This document shows, in pieces, positions 1 through 12,776 of a stretch of DNA of 64,000 nt (its first letter is position 1; every line of letters starts with the position of its first letter). The stretch is from assembly GCA_013265495.1 (NCBI GenBank), contig MU058221.1:2170001-2234000 (forward strand). The letters are read 5' to 3'. The notes below the pieces were generated by a model. That model made no database searches. It saw only the letters and a program-made list of their open reading frames with translations, and was not told where the DNA came from. Both the position numbers and the translations under genes were made by a program. Source of the stretch: Vicugna vicugna. Lineage: Eukaryota.

Positions 1-710
1 GGCCATGGGTGTGACATCACTGATCGCTACTGGAGACGTTTCGCTGCTCACCAGATCGCTTGGCTACTCACCCGAGGGGTGTCCCCCAGTTTTTCTAATA
101 CCAACATGGTATCTAATGATTTGCTTTAAAAAGTCAGAAGATTCCCTGAAATTGTTTTCTTCCTCTCAGAACGGAGTCTGGATTCCTCTCTACTCCCTGG
201 AGTGCAGAACAGTGCTTCTGTCAGGCTGCAGAGGGCCCGCGTGGTGCACCTGCCCTGCCTTGTCCTGACACTCGGGGCGGTGCTGGCCCGTGCGGTGACC
301 CGGCTCGTCTGGGGAGCTGGCCGCGCTGACCGCCTCTGCCCACCTTGACGTAGATCCCGCGCGGAATTACATTTTATTAACCGTCCCAGCCTCGCCCTTT
401 TGTAGAATTATGTGCTTTGAACCTTCCTTAGTCTGGCAGCAAAGAGCAGCCGTGCCCGCAGCACTGATGACAAGGCTCAGTCTTGTTGCACCAGGCCCGC
501 TCTGGGTCTCTGGGCGCGTGTGGGACCCACCGGCCCCTAGGGCCCCTCTGTGTGTGCTCTGCTTGTCAGGGTGCCTTGATTCCTTTTTCTCCTTTTGATT
601 CTTGAGGTTTCATTTATCTAAATTTAAAAAATTGTATTAGATACAGTTTGAGAAACCATGGAGTTTGGTTCCTTCTAACGCCTTTGTTTCCTTTTTAAAA
701 ATTTAATTTA

Positions 711-1003
711 ATTTTAGTTTAGTTTAGTTTTATTGAAATATAATCAGTTTCTGGTGTGCAGCATAATGTTGCAGTCATGCGTATACATATATTCGTTTTC
801 ATATTCTTTTTGTTTTTGTTTTTATTGAGTTTACAATGTTGTGTCAATTTCTGGTGCACAGCACAATTTTTCAGTCATACATTAATATACATACATTCAT
901 TTTCATATTCTTTTTCACCATGAGCTACTAAAAGATCTTGAATATATTCCCCTGTGCTGTGCAGTATACACTTGTCTATCTGTTTTATTATATACCAGTC
1001 AGT
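711..1003 (-). mobile_element. Two adjacent or nested LINE-1 3'-end fragments
   Basis: Two T-rich tails (about 711 and 811), each followed by tttctggtg(t/c)...cagtcat...ttttcatattcttttt, matching the reverse complement of the other L1 3' ends in this window. Confidence 0.85.
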
Positions 1004-3917
1004 ACCCCTGCCCGCGCTACGATTCGTCTTGGTTTGGTGTCCCCTGGCCAGCCCCCCCAGCCCACGGCCCAGAGCGTCTCAGACGGCAGCTCACCTGTTA
1101 CTGTGGGGCTCATGACAGGTTTAAACGGGGGAACCCTAGGAAGCGTTCATCGCGCAGCCCTGCCCCTAACGCGCACCTGTCAGCCGCAGGTGGCTTCCTG
1201 CTCGCGTGTGTTGGGGAAAAAAGCTTGGGTACCTTTCTCTCACGGCCTGCTGAGTCTTCAGAGGCATCATTTTCAGGAAGCTCTTCCCCCGGATGGAAAC
1301 CTTCCTCTACCAGGAGGAGAGCAGGGCTGAGCCTCAGGAAGCGAACTTCCCGCCTTGCGTGTTCTTGCTGCCGGGGCCCTGGAAGCGTGTTCAGCGCCCC
1401 CTGGGCAGTGAGGAAGGCCCGTGTTCCCCGGGACGGCCCAGGCACGGCGGGTGCCGCTGGCATCTGGGCCCTGAGGTGGTGCGTGGCGCCGGGCCCTGCC
1501 TCTCCACCCGCCTGTTTCCACCAGTGCTGTGGGCTGGTCCCATCCCCGCAGCGCGTCCTAGTGTGGCCTCGAGGGTGTGTGCATTCTCTTCCCGACACGG
1601 CAGATTAAGGGAATTAAAAAAAAAACGGATTTAGCACAAAATATAGAAGGGTCAGCCCAGCAATATTAAGTAGTCCTGTCAGACTGTCAGTAACGTTAAA
1701 AATGATCGTAGACTGAGTAACACATCTGTTCTTAGAGCGCAGCCGGCGCAGGGAGCAGCGGTGGTGGACGGCCGCCCTCTCGTGGAGGAAGTGGGGAACT
1801 GCGGTTTCCGGTGCTGTCGCTGGGTGACTCGAGGGGTGGCCTGGGTCACACTTGGGTTCAGGTCGCTCAGGGTTTCATAGGATGGGACTATTGCAATCCC
1901 CCCACCCTGCAAAGACAATGTATCAACAATTTTGTGCAAATCAGCATGGTATATGATTCGACTTAGCAGCATTTTTACTCTTTTCCATGGAAGCACATGC
2001 TCTCCTATACAAACAGGAGTTTTTTTCGGCATCTGTTTGTGTTTTTAACTCAAGATGAAGGAAGAAATCTTTATGTATTCTGATAAATCAGGTTAGAAAT
2101 TATCCCCTAGACTTTTATCAAGGCTTCTTCCAAATGATGAAAGCGTTTCTTCACCACATGGGTGACAGAACGTAAATGAGAAAGAGCGACAGGCGCTTTC
2201 AGACGTTAATAAAGTCGCGACTTGATTTCCTGTTGGGTTGGAGCGTTGTTTCATATCCTGTCCAGTTTTGTGGTTTCCTGCCGTGTCAACCGCTATGTAG
2301 CTGTTTTACCTTTAAGCGTTAAAAGATGATATCTTACTTTTCATCTTTCAGGCTGTCTGCCAAGATCTCACTGCTCTTCTTTGCAGATACTGACTTTTCT
2401 CATTTCTGAGTCATTTACAGGAACACAGAGGGAGTGACCTTCTTATCAGAGACTTATTTTCTTGCTTTTCCATCAATAATTCACCAAGTAGATGAAGGAG
2501 AGTCGTTTTGTTCTCCTAAGATACCCGCCTTCGTTTTTGGCCCTGTCCCCTCTAGGTAGTTGTTGGCAAAGTGAGGGACTGCGAGCAAGTATCATCCAGC
2601 CTCTAAAAACGCGTGAACAGCTGGGAGTCCTGCAGACACGGAATGGTTTGGTAGCATATTGGTGTTTGCATGTTTGCATTCTCCGACCTTAGAATTATGT
2701 TTGTAAACTTGAGTTTATAGGACTCTGAAGAGTCCGTCCTTTCCCACAGATCCTCGAGTTGCTCGTTTAAGCTCCGCGTTATGCAGGGTTTCGTGCGCGC
2801 TTTGCTGTTGAGCTCCCTGTTGAATGTGTCATGTTATGGATTCCGATGACTGCAAGGGGTTTTTGCTGCTGTAGCTACTTTGCATTCAGGAGGACGGTGA
2901 TGGAATAGTGAGTGACATGTAGTTCAAAGCCGACTTATCATCAGAGTGGGAATTGGATGTTCCTGAGCGAAGCTGAAGGAGGCGTTTGCACATCAGACAT
3001 CATTAAGAGCTCCTGAATTGCAATCACTCGCGTTGTTGAAGTCGCTGGTGACGCCTCCCTGCTGACACCTGGCGTTTCCTGCAATCAGGTGACGTTGTCA
3101 GTGTGTTAGGCTGAGACGGGACACCTCGCACGTGTAAAGGAATCCTGCCTTTCAGCCCGCGATCAGGGAGGGCGATGTTTATTTCCCCTGTGCTCTGAAT
3201 TAATGTAATCAGATTGCATTGTCGTTCCTTCGCGCTGGCGACGGCATCACACACACGCGCACCTGACCTCTGTGTGCCAGGGAAGCGGTCCCTCTCTTCC
3301 TGTGCCCAGGCTAAGTCCTGGAATGATGGTGTTCTCGATTTCCTCAGCATTTCTCTCTGAAAAGTCAGTAACAAAATAAAAACCACAACCCTTTAGTCAG
3401 CGTCTCGGGAAATTCTGATTGTTTTCGAGGCTACCAGGGGCCAAATCTAACGCTGCCGCCCCAGTGTCTGGAGGGTGAGTCTAATACTAATATTTTTGTG
3501 ACGCTGGCATCACAAAGCCTAGTGAGTCCTCTGTGGCGTGACTTCTAAGTCGTCTGCTGTTCAGCCCTGCAGCTCTGACGTGGCTCTTACGTTTGAATAA
3601 CAGCCATCAATTGGTATAAAATACCCTTGCCTCTGATTATAAAGGGAGAAATTACTGCCGGGGTTCTTTTTGTCAGACCGATCGTGGCATTTACTTCATG
3701 AGCTGGGCTGTTTGGAATTTATCTATTAGTTGTTCTTTCAAGAGGTAACTTACTGGATGCCTCCTACGTGCAAGACGTGGTGCCAAGATATACGTAACCT
3801 CCAGGGTAAACAAGACTCAGCTCCTGCCTTTGAAATTTTATAGGCTTTCAGGGGAGACATTAAACGCAATGCACGTTGGCACAGTGTGCATACTGCTGTG
3901 GGAGGAAAACATAATCA

Positions 3918-4330
3918 TCAGGACATTTTCTGTTTTAAATAACAGAAACCCAGCTTTTCAAAAAGGGAATATGTTAGCTCATCAACTGAAAGTCCAGAAC
4001 GAATGAACTTCAGGCAAGGCTTGATCAAGGTATAAAAATGTGACAAGGACCAGGTTTCTCTCTTTTTCCTCTGTGGGCCCTCTTCTCATCTTCTCAAGGT
4101 GAGGCCTGCTAAGCCTTCTCAAGGTACATGCTTCTAGACTAAAGACAGCGAGAAAGAAGAAATTCTGCTCCCTGACAGCACAAATGAAAGTTCCACAATC
4201 TTGTTAGTCCTCCTGGCTTCTACCTAAGTACAAGTCTCTGAGTTAATTATTTAGAGGAAGAATGAGATGTGCTGATGTCTCGGTTTGGTCAGCACTGTTC
4301 CTCTCCCCCACTAGCCCCCAAGCTGAAGAT
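3918..4330. mobile_element. Old MaLR (MLT1-like) LTR relic
   Basis: caggacattttctg...aacagaaacccagc...tgaaagtccaga...cttcaggcaaggcttgatc resembles MLT1J/K-type consensus as recalled; boundaries approximate. Confidence 0.55.
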
Positions 4331-5156
4331 GGGATCAGTTCACCCCAACTGTACTGCTGGGTGACGCAGGGTAGTGTGAAGGAGGGTGATGTGGCTGGGC
4401 ACGGGAGGGCTCGGGGATGGGTCTCATTGGACTGAATGAGGCTTGTCTTTCCCTGAGCTAATTGCTTGGACCAGATTGAACAGGCTGGGGTGACAAGCCT
4501 GAAGCTGGGGGCTGAGAGTGGAGGGTGATTGGAAGGAGGTCGGCCCATCCAAAGGGCTGGGGGGAGGTACCACTCTGTCCAACAGTGAGAGCAAAACTAC
4601 ACGGTAATCTGAGCAGGGAAAGTGTAATGTAAAGACTCATTAAGTCAAACAGCAGATGAGAGGAACGAGGGATTAGCTAGCAAGAAGTAAAGAGCGTGCT
4701 AAAGAGTGCAGGGGTGACAGAGGGGCAGCCGTCACCCCGGGCTGAGAGGGAACACGCCAGGGTGAGCCCCCGCCAGACCAGGACCAGAACCCAGGCGTTC
4801 CTAGTCCCCTGGGTGACGTGGACGTCGCCAGGTGCCACACAAGCTAATGGAACTTTCTGGAAATCTCCCTCTGGGGCTCATGGAGAGGTGTCTCATGGGA
4901 GGCGCTCCACTACAAGATCACCCTCGCTGAGGGACGCCGCTGGCCGCTGGCGTTGGAAAAACAATATTTGAAGCGCCAGCCGTGTCTCCACAGGGCAGGT
5001 GGAGAGCAGGTGTTTGCATTTGATAAGCAGCTGGTGGGGTGGGGGTTTACTGCTCACGGCCGGGGCGCTCTTGCCATAGGATGGATTCGGGGGGGGGGGC
5101 AGAGGGTTCACCTACAGAGAGCTTCACAAACCGAGGGAAGAACGAGGGTGTGAGGT

Positions 5157-5691
5157 TGTCACTGAGTCCATGCTCGCTCTGCTCGCCGCACGACAGGCCA
5201 GTAAATCAGGAGACGAGCTGCTGGGGCGAGGAATAGCGACTTTATTCGGAAAGAGAGCAGACCATGAAGATGGGGGACTGGTGTCCTGGAGAACCATCTT
5301 CCCCAAGTCAGAATTCAGGCTCCTTTTATGGTAAAAAGGGGAGGGGTGTGGTTGGTTCTTGCAGACTTCTTGCTGTCAGAATCCTTTGTTCTTGCAGCTG
5401 TCCACGTGGATCAGGTCATGATGTCCCTGTGAACCTCCAACAAGATAAATGTTAATTTTTCTTCTGCAATTTTTTATCTATATATAAATGGAAAAGTGGA
5501 AAAAATGGGGGAAAAAAAGGCCTTAAAGGTCAGAGCCTTGAGAATGGGCTGTCCTGTATATTTCAGGCTAAAGGCAATAGCCTTTTACAAAAGGTGCAGA
5601 GCCAGCGTGACTGAGCCCAGGAAACAGAGCCCAGGGTTAGAGCCGAAGGAGCAGATCTAATGTGAAGTCAGACTGGTTCTTCCCTAGCACA
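5157..5691 (-). mobile_element. ERV solo LTR (ERV1-like)
   Basis: TG...CA ends (tgtcactgag...ctagcaca), flanks aggt/aggg as near 4-bp TSD, tttatt near 5240 (AATAAA on minus strand) and a TATA-like ccttttat about 80 bp further right. Confidence 0.8.
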
Positions 5692-5988
5692 AGGGGAAGA
5701 CGGACTTGGAACGGTCACAGTAATAGGACAGCTTCTGTGTTGTTGGAGCGCGGAGGCTCAGGTGTGAGAGGCAGTGACAGAGTCGCACGGCGGAGTGTCT
5801 TGGTTATCGCAATAATCAGTTTGAACTCCACCAGTTTGTTGAGACTCCAGGTAGCGCCTACGGGGAGCCATTGAGGAGCTGTGAGCATCAGAACCAGATT
5901 CGGGATTAGGCGCAGAATCCTGGTAGCAGTGTGGAGAAGGAGTTAGGAGAAAGCTGAGCCCGTGCAAGGGGGCAGATTAAGAGGTAAC

Positions 5989-6386
5989 TGAGTGATACCA
6001 CACAGTATTTTTCTTTCTCTTTCTGGCTTATGTGGAATCAAAAAAAAGACGAAGAAAAGACATGAACGGACTTACCTATAAAACAGAAACGGGCTCACAT
6101 ACATAGTCAACAAACTTACGGTTACCGCGGGCAAACAGGGTGGGAAGGCGTAAATTGGGGAGTATGAGGTTTGCAAATATGAGCTAGTGTATATAAGATA
6201 GATGAACAGCGGGTTTCTACTGTGCAGCACAGGGAATTGTCTGCAGTATCTTGTCGTGACCCATAGTGAGAAAGAATATGGGAAGGAATCTGTGTATGTA
6301 TGTGTACGACCGAGACGTCGTGCGTACACCAGAAACTGACACAACGTTGCAACTGACTACACTTCAGTTGAAAACAAAACAAAACA
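5989..6386 (+). mobile_element. LINE-1 3' end with short 5' inversion
   Basis: 6030-6386 matches L1 3'UTR ending in an (aaaac)n tail; 5989-6029 is the reverse complement of the immediately upstream L1 sequence. Confidence 0.9.
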
Positions 6387-6609
6387 CAGAGAGATCATGG
6401 AGATTATCCAGCCGGTGCGAGACAGGAAAGCCGAGTCGAGGCCATGGCGGTGCCGTGGGAGGGGGCAGACGCTAGAGACGTTGAAGGGGTAGGATGGTGA
6501 GAACCTGGACGCCGACCGGCTGGGGCCGGGCTCCGCATGCTTCTTCACGATCAGCTGGTCAGTGTAATCCCGGCCCAGCTCACAGCCCGGGATCAACGCC
6601 TGATCTCTG

Positions 6610-6810
6610 GAACAGACCACGGGGCTCAGGTCCAGGCTCCCACTCGCCGTCAGACCTCTCCGGCTGGCGTGCGTGTAAGCCCCCGGCCTCCGCGTCTCTC
6701 TCTCCTCTGTGAAGGCGAAACAAGAAAACTGTCGGCCTCAGAGAGGTGTTTTTCGGGACCAGATTAGATACCTGCAGGCCACTGAGAGCAAAGTGGGTTC
6801 TAAGTACTTA
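6610..6810 (+). mobile_element. MIR-like SINE relic, GC-enriched
   Basis: ...ctcctctgtgaaggcgaaacaagaaaactgtcggcctcagagaggtgttt...gaccagattagat follows the MIR core order as recalled. Confidence 0.5.
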
Positions 6811-7485
6811 CTGGCGAGGGCTGTTTACTTACACAAGCTGAAAATACCTTTGCAGCTCTGGCGGGCCGTGTCGTTGCTGTGCTGTGCAGAACATGGCCCT
6901 TTAAGAATAAACGGCATTAGCTTTCAGCCCTTCTTGCTTTTTGATGAGAACATTGTGTTCGCTTGTGAACATAAAAGCAGAAGGTTTACTCAGGGAGGCC
7001 AGCTTACCCTGAGGAGGCAGACAGATAAGGTGTGGTAATGCTGAGAGCCCCAGGGCCACACCGGAGCGCATGGCCAGACAAGTGAAGGAGTTAAATGTGG
7101 AATCTTATACGCATTCATTCATTCACTTAGCCACCTCCTGTTTGCAAGACAGCATTTTTAATTCGCTGTAAATCCAGATCCTGACGAGAGAGTTATCGGG
7201 CAACCTATGAGATCATTTCATCAATGTCACTTAAAATCTACTTAACTGGGTATCAAGGGGAGGACCCTGGAACAAGGTCAGTGTGTCCAAACAGAAAAGG
7301 TGACCTTAACAGTGTTGATTCATAGCACCGGTGTGGGCAGTGAGTGTGTCCAGGAGAACCAGGCCCCACGGTCCAGGGGGGTGGGGTCAGACCCTTGCTC
7401 CACACCATTGCCATCCCCATACGCCTGCCTGGCTCCTAGTAGGTGCTTAATAAGTATTTAGTGAATAAATGAATTCTCAGACTAC

Positions 7486-8154
7486 TTTTTTAATTCAGGT
7501 ACAGTCAGTTATAATGTGTCAATTTCTGGTGTACAGCACGATGTGCCATTCATGCAGATACATACATATATTCGTTTTCATATTCTTTTTCATTAAAGGT
7601 TATTACAAGATGCAGAGTAAATTTCCCTGTGCTACACAGAAGAAATTTGATTTTTTAACTATTTTTATATACAGTGATTAGCCTTTGCAAATCTCGAACT
7701 CCCAAATTTATCCCTTCCCACCGCCTTTGCCCTGTAACTATAAAATTGTTTACGTATGTCTGCCAGTCTGTTTCTGTTTTGTAGATGAGTTCATCAGTGT
7801 CCTCTTTTTTTCTTTTTTTTAGGTTCCACATATGAGTGGTATCATATGGAGTTTTTCTTTCTCTTTCTGGCTTGCTTCACTCAGAATGACAATCTCCAGA
7901 TCCATCCATGTTGCTGCCAATTATTTTATTCTTTTTTATGGCTGAGTAGTATTCCACTGTATAAATATACCACAGCTTCTTTATCCAGTCATCTGTCGAT
8001 GGGCATTTTGGTTGCTTCCATATCTTGGCTATTGTAAATAATGCTGCTATGAACATTGGGGTGCATGTATCTTTTTGAATTAGTGTTCCCTCCAGATATA
8101 TGCTCATGAGTGGGACTGCTGGATCATATGGTAGGTCTGTTTTTACTTTTTTGA
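7486..8154 (-). mobile_element. LINE-1 3' fragment (ORF2 C-terminus + 3'UTR)
   Basis: Minus-strand ORF 7877-8107 reads [49 protein letters not shown]; poly(T) at 7486. Confidence 0.95.
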
Positions 8155-8779
8155 TACACAGACACTTTCACTGGTGTTTCTGTTCCAAAGAACTTCTTTG
8201 AATCAGAAACATAGATTCAGACCAGCATCTGGATTCTTCCAAGAAAGCCAATGAGAAAGGAAGTTATGTGTAACAGAATGAAATAAATATTCCAAATTGT
8301 TCTGATTAACAACTGACAATATTAGTATATATAACTTTATATACATATGTGTATATAATAAAACAAACCCAGGGTTTAGCTCCCTCTGAGATAATTATTT
8401 TGCTCTTCCCTGGGACCCAGTTTTATGTCGTGAGAAAAGACATACAGCTCAAATCAGCAGTGGGAACAAATTAACTGCCAAGCGCTGCCCTCTCGGTGTG
8501 GCGCTGGTGGCCACGGTGAGACGATTCTAAATCTATTAGAAAGTGAGACATCCCTGATTTGTTTTGAAGATTTGAGGTTTGAGATTCTCCTTAAACCATG
8601 GTAATGTTTTAAGTGGGCCGTTTTATACCATAAAATGTCACGTGGCCTGAGTGCCTGAAAACATCCTGACACAGCCGTTCTTTTTTCATCTATGCTTCAA
8701 CAGAGGTGTATCTCTGTATCTCAGTACTGTGTTAATCTGTGACCTTTTCTAGCCATTTAATGGTCATTTGAACTTGGGC

Positions 8780-9470
8780 ACAGTATGAAGATTCCTCAGG
8801 AACTAAAAATAGTCTTACCATATGACCCAGCAGTCCCATTCCTGGGCATGTATCCAGAGGGAACCCTAACTCAAAAAGACACCTGCACCCCAGTGTTTAT
8901 AGCAACACTATTTACAATAGCCAAGACATGGAAGCAACCTAAATGTCCATGCACAGATGACTGGATAAAGAAGCTGTGGTATATTTATACAGTGGAATAC
9001 TACTCGGTGATAAAAAAGAATAAAATAATGCCATTGGCAGCAACACATGGATGGACCTACAGATCATCATTCTAAGTGAAGTAAGTCAGAAAGACAAAGA
9101 AAATACCATATCATAACACTCATATGTGGAATCTGAAAAAAAAAGTGAGGGGGAAGGACAGTATGAACTCATCTGCAAAACAGAAACAGACTTGCAGACA
9201 CAGGAAACAATCTTATGGTTACGGGGAAAGGCGGTGGGAAGGGATACATCTGGGAGTCTGAGATTTGCAAATGTTAGCTACTATACATAAAAATGGATTT
9301 TATAAAGTTTCTTCTGCATAGCACAGGGAGCTGTATTCAATATCCTGTAATAATGTTTAATGAAGAAGAATATAAAAATGAATATATGTATGTATGTGCC
9401 TGACTGGGACATCGTGATGCACACCAGAAATTGACACATTGTAACTGACTGTACGTCAATTAAAAAAAAA
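8780..9470 (+). mobile_element. LINE-1 3' fragment (ORF2 C-terminus + 3'UTR + poly(A))
   Basis: ORF 8785-9075 reads LPYDPAVPFLGMYP...[28 protein letters not shown] tail at 9462-9470. Confidence 0.95.
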
Positions 9471-10296
9471 GCTGTCTATACACTGTCCTTTGATTTGGTC
9501 TCAGCTAGCAGTGCCAGTTGGAATTCTGCAGTGGGTCCCTGCGTCCTCTGTACCTCTCATCACTCAGAGCCGTCTCTCCTGTTCTGCTGCCCCTCTCAGG
9601 AGCCTGTTCTGGTTGAGAATCAGGGTCCCCTCAAAACTAAGAATGTTTGATTTTGCAAGCATGCTCTGCCTTATGCCTTATTCGCTCAGAATCGTGTTCT
9701 TGGCTGTTTTGGCTGATTGTTATTCCGTTCTCCCTGGTTGAGACTCACCTTCCATGGCAACAAAACTTACAATCCACTTGCTTCTCGAGGCTTAGTGTGT
9801 TCTCTCTCCATTGGATGACAAGGTGTACACTCTCCTTAAAATTACAATAGGTCCCAGGTTTAGAGATGCTGCCGAGATTTAAATTGCAGATTTAAATCTC
9901 TCAAAGGTTTAGCAGCCTAGGACCCCCAGTTTTCGCTTGCAAAGCACTTCCCCCTCTGAAGATCTCTAGAATTTGTTTTTCAATTCCATATTTCTTCTTA
10001 TGTATATTTTTCTACTTGAAATCAAAAGTCACTTTACTTACCAAATTCATAATTCAAAATTCAATATCGTATTGTATATGAGTCCAGCAGTCATGATCTT
10101 TTATATACAAAATATCTTGTAAACCTTGAACAAATATTTATTCTGATTAGAAATGCTCATTGGGCTACCTTTCTCCATTATTTATTTAAATGTTAATGCG
10201 TGAATTTTTTTTACAGACTAACATTTCTAACATGTTTACTGATATTTGAATACTATCCAGTTACAAAGATGTTGGTTTTTTTTTTAATCATTTCAG

Positions 10297-10416
10297 GTGG
10301 AGGAGGCCTTGGAAGCTGTCAAAAATGCTACAAATGAGCAAGACCTTGCAAATCGCTTTAAGGAATTTGGAAAAGAGATGGTGAAACTGAACTATGTAGC
10401 TGCGAGAAGACAACAG
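10297..10416 (+). CDS. CTNNA2: Catenin alpha-2 (alpha-N-catenin) internal coding exon, probably exon 5; 40 codons, phase 0/0
   Basis: Translates VEEALEAVKNATNEQDLANRFKEFGKEMVKLNYVAARRQQ, recognised as alpha-N-catenin N domain. Acceptor ttttttaatcatttcag|GTG; donor CAG|gtgggg; frame continuous with next exon. Confidence 0.97.
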
Positions 10417-12776
10417 GTGGGGAAGGTTTTGGAAATCGATAAGCACACGGACATGATTTTCACGTACATAATTATTTTAAGTATTTTGTATCAGCGGAAT
10501 TCTTTGTCCAAGTGGAGTCTCGTGTGGCAGCCCATCTGTAATCTGCTTAGGAGCAGAGTTACTCTGAAGCACAGGTTTGAGGCCAGAAAGCCACACAGCG
10601 TGTTTAAACACGTGATCTCAGTAAACCAAGGGGGAGGCTGGGCAGAAAGACAGGGGCCCAGACGCTCACAGTGTTTGGGTTTTTTGTAAGGGAAGGGGCG
10701 TTAGTTGAATAGTTCATAGTTTGGCATCACAGTCCCAGATTCACATTTTAATATTAGTCTAAATAAGTCGCAAAGAAGGGAGTTGAGTGGAAGAGGAGGT
10801 AGTGGTTGCAGTTGGGAGGGGGCTGAGGGGGTCTCGGTGAGGGGTGGTGATGGTGGTCTCCACCGTACACGTGGAAAAGCATAGGGAGCCTGCGTTTACG
10901 TGGAAAAGAGAAACTCGGGACCTGCTGTTGGATTGGATGTGGGAGCTTAGGGAGCGACAGCCGCCAGTTCACGTCTGAGGTCTGTCTGAGCAAGGGGGTG
11001 GATGGCGGTGAGTTTACTGAGATTGGGAAAAGCTGGAGAGGGGCCGGAGAGGGTTATCAGAAACCTAGGTTTCATACTTAGATACGTTTTGAGATGCGTG
11101 TGGGATACCCACGTCGAAGAGAGACGTGGGCTAGAGAGGAGAACGTGGGCTATCTGCACGAAGCTGGCATTAACATCCGTGTGAATATGTGAGAAACGTA
11201 CATAAGAATACTCGTTAATGTAATTTATTTTTATTTCATTCCTGGTTTTAATTAATTGCTGCTTCAGACTCTTTCAGGGAAATTTAGAAAGAAAGAATTA
11301 AAGGAAGGAAAAAAACCACATTCTCCCAGCAGCAACACCATGTGCTGTGCTTCCGGGGTGTTGCCTTTCAGTTGTTGTAACATAGTCACCCTCATACCCT
11401 GCATATAAGTGTGTGCGTTGTCTCTTTTATTTATCTCATAAATAGTGTCCATGTTAACACATTTATGGAAACTTATTTAATATCCACGTAAAGAGTCCAT
11501 CAGATGGAAGCCTCAGTGGTTTCCTTACCCAGTTCTCCATAAATCAGCACTTACACTGTTTACAGGTTTTTTCATGTGATTAAGAATGTTTCTACAAATA
11601 TCTTTATGGAAAAAATTACCCACTCCCCCTTTTTCTCACTTTCATATTTAGGTTTTTTGGGGTTTTTTTAGCATAGATAGCCCAGAATGGAATATGAAGT
11701 TTCCGGACCAGGTGTCCTGGAGGTTGGTAAGACCCTTCATGACGACTTGGGGGAGACTTGTATCTGCCCCCCCTAGATTGCTACCTGCGTAGAGGATGCC
11801 CTCACGTGTTGGGTCCCTCCTTATCTGTGCTGATCTTTAGGGCTAAACATAATTCACCCCAGTTTAGAAATTGTGTTGGCTGGCGTGGATCTGTTAGTGC
11901 TTAAGCAAAGGAGAATGGATGGGCCAGACAGTTGTTCATGACTTACTGTCAACTTGCCTTGACAATGCTGGACACCACATACTGTAATGTGCTTGTCTCA
12001 GAATTATTTTGACCCACAAGAGAGAGATGTAGTTCACTCTTTCCAGGTCATGCATCTTTCATGTACCAAGTGAGCAAGGAGGAATAGAACCCCAGTGGTT
12101 CACATAGCTGTTAGTGATACAGTTTGAGGTTAGAGAAAGATTCTCCCGGAGACACTCAGCTGACAGTGCCACGTGGCGCCCAGAGAGCAGCCCTGCCTTT
12201 AACACGTCCAGAAATGACGTGAGCGTTTTCTTAACAATACTCTTTAAAGCTGAGAATAAACTCCCCAGGGGTATTATCTTGGCGTCCAAAACTAAGAAAG
12301 CGAATCATCCTTGATCTGTATGCGTATATGTATATGTATTTATTATTCCCTAAACTCAGTGACTGATGTGCCTTCAAAAGTAGTTTTTTTTTTCTTAGAA
12401 AAATGAACTCTGTTCTGAAAATGATAATGGAGTGGCAGCGATGCACTGAGCAGGGTCGGGGAGTTTGACTCTCTGTGCCTGTGATTGTGATTGAACGTGG
12501 AGGCGAGCGCGTATCAGAGGATGGGAGCTTGGGTCTTCCGTCTGCTGGTGACGGACTCAGACCCGCGCGAGCCGCTGGCCTCGCCGGTGCCTCAGCTTTC
12601 ACACCCCTGCAGCAGTGTTGACTGAAGGCATCTGTGGGCCACACACTGTGCGGTTGACTGAACGGTCCCTGAACAAGGTGGCGAGCGCTCTGTGCTCTCA
12701 TCAGACGTACCTTTTAGGAGAGAGACGTAAACTTAAAGAAGTAAATACAATACAGCGTGAAGCGTGTTAATGATAA

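Noticed and set aside
1..10296. Preceding CTNNA2 exon
   Set aside because: No alpha-catenin-like translation seen; probably upstream of the window.
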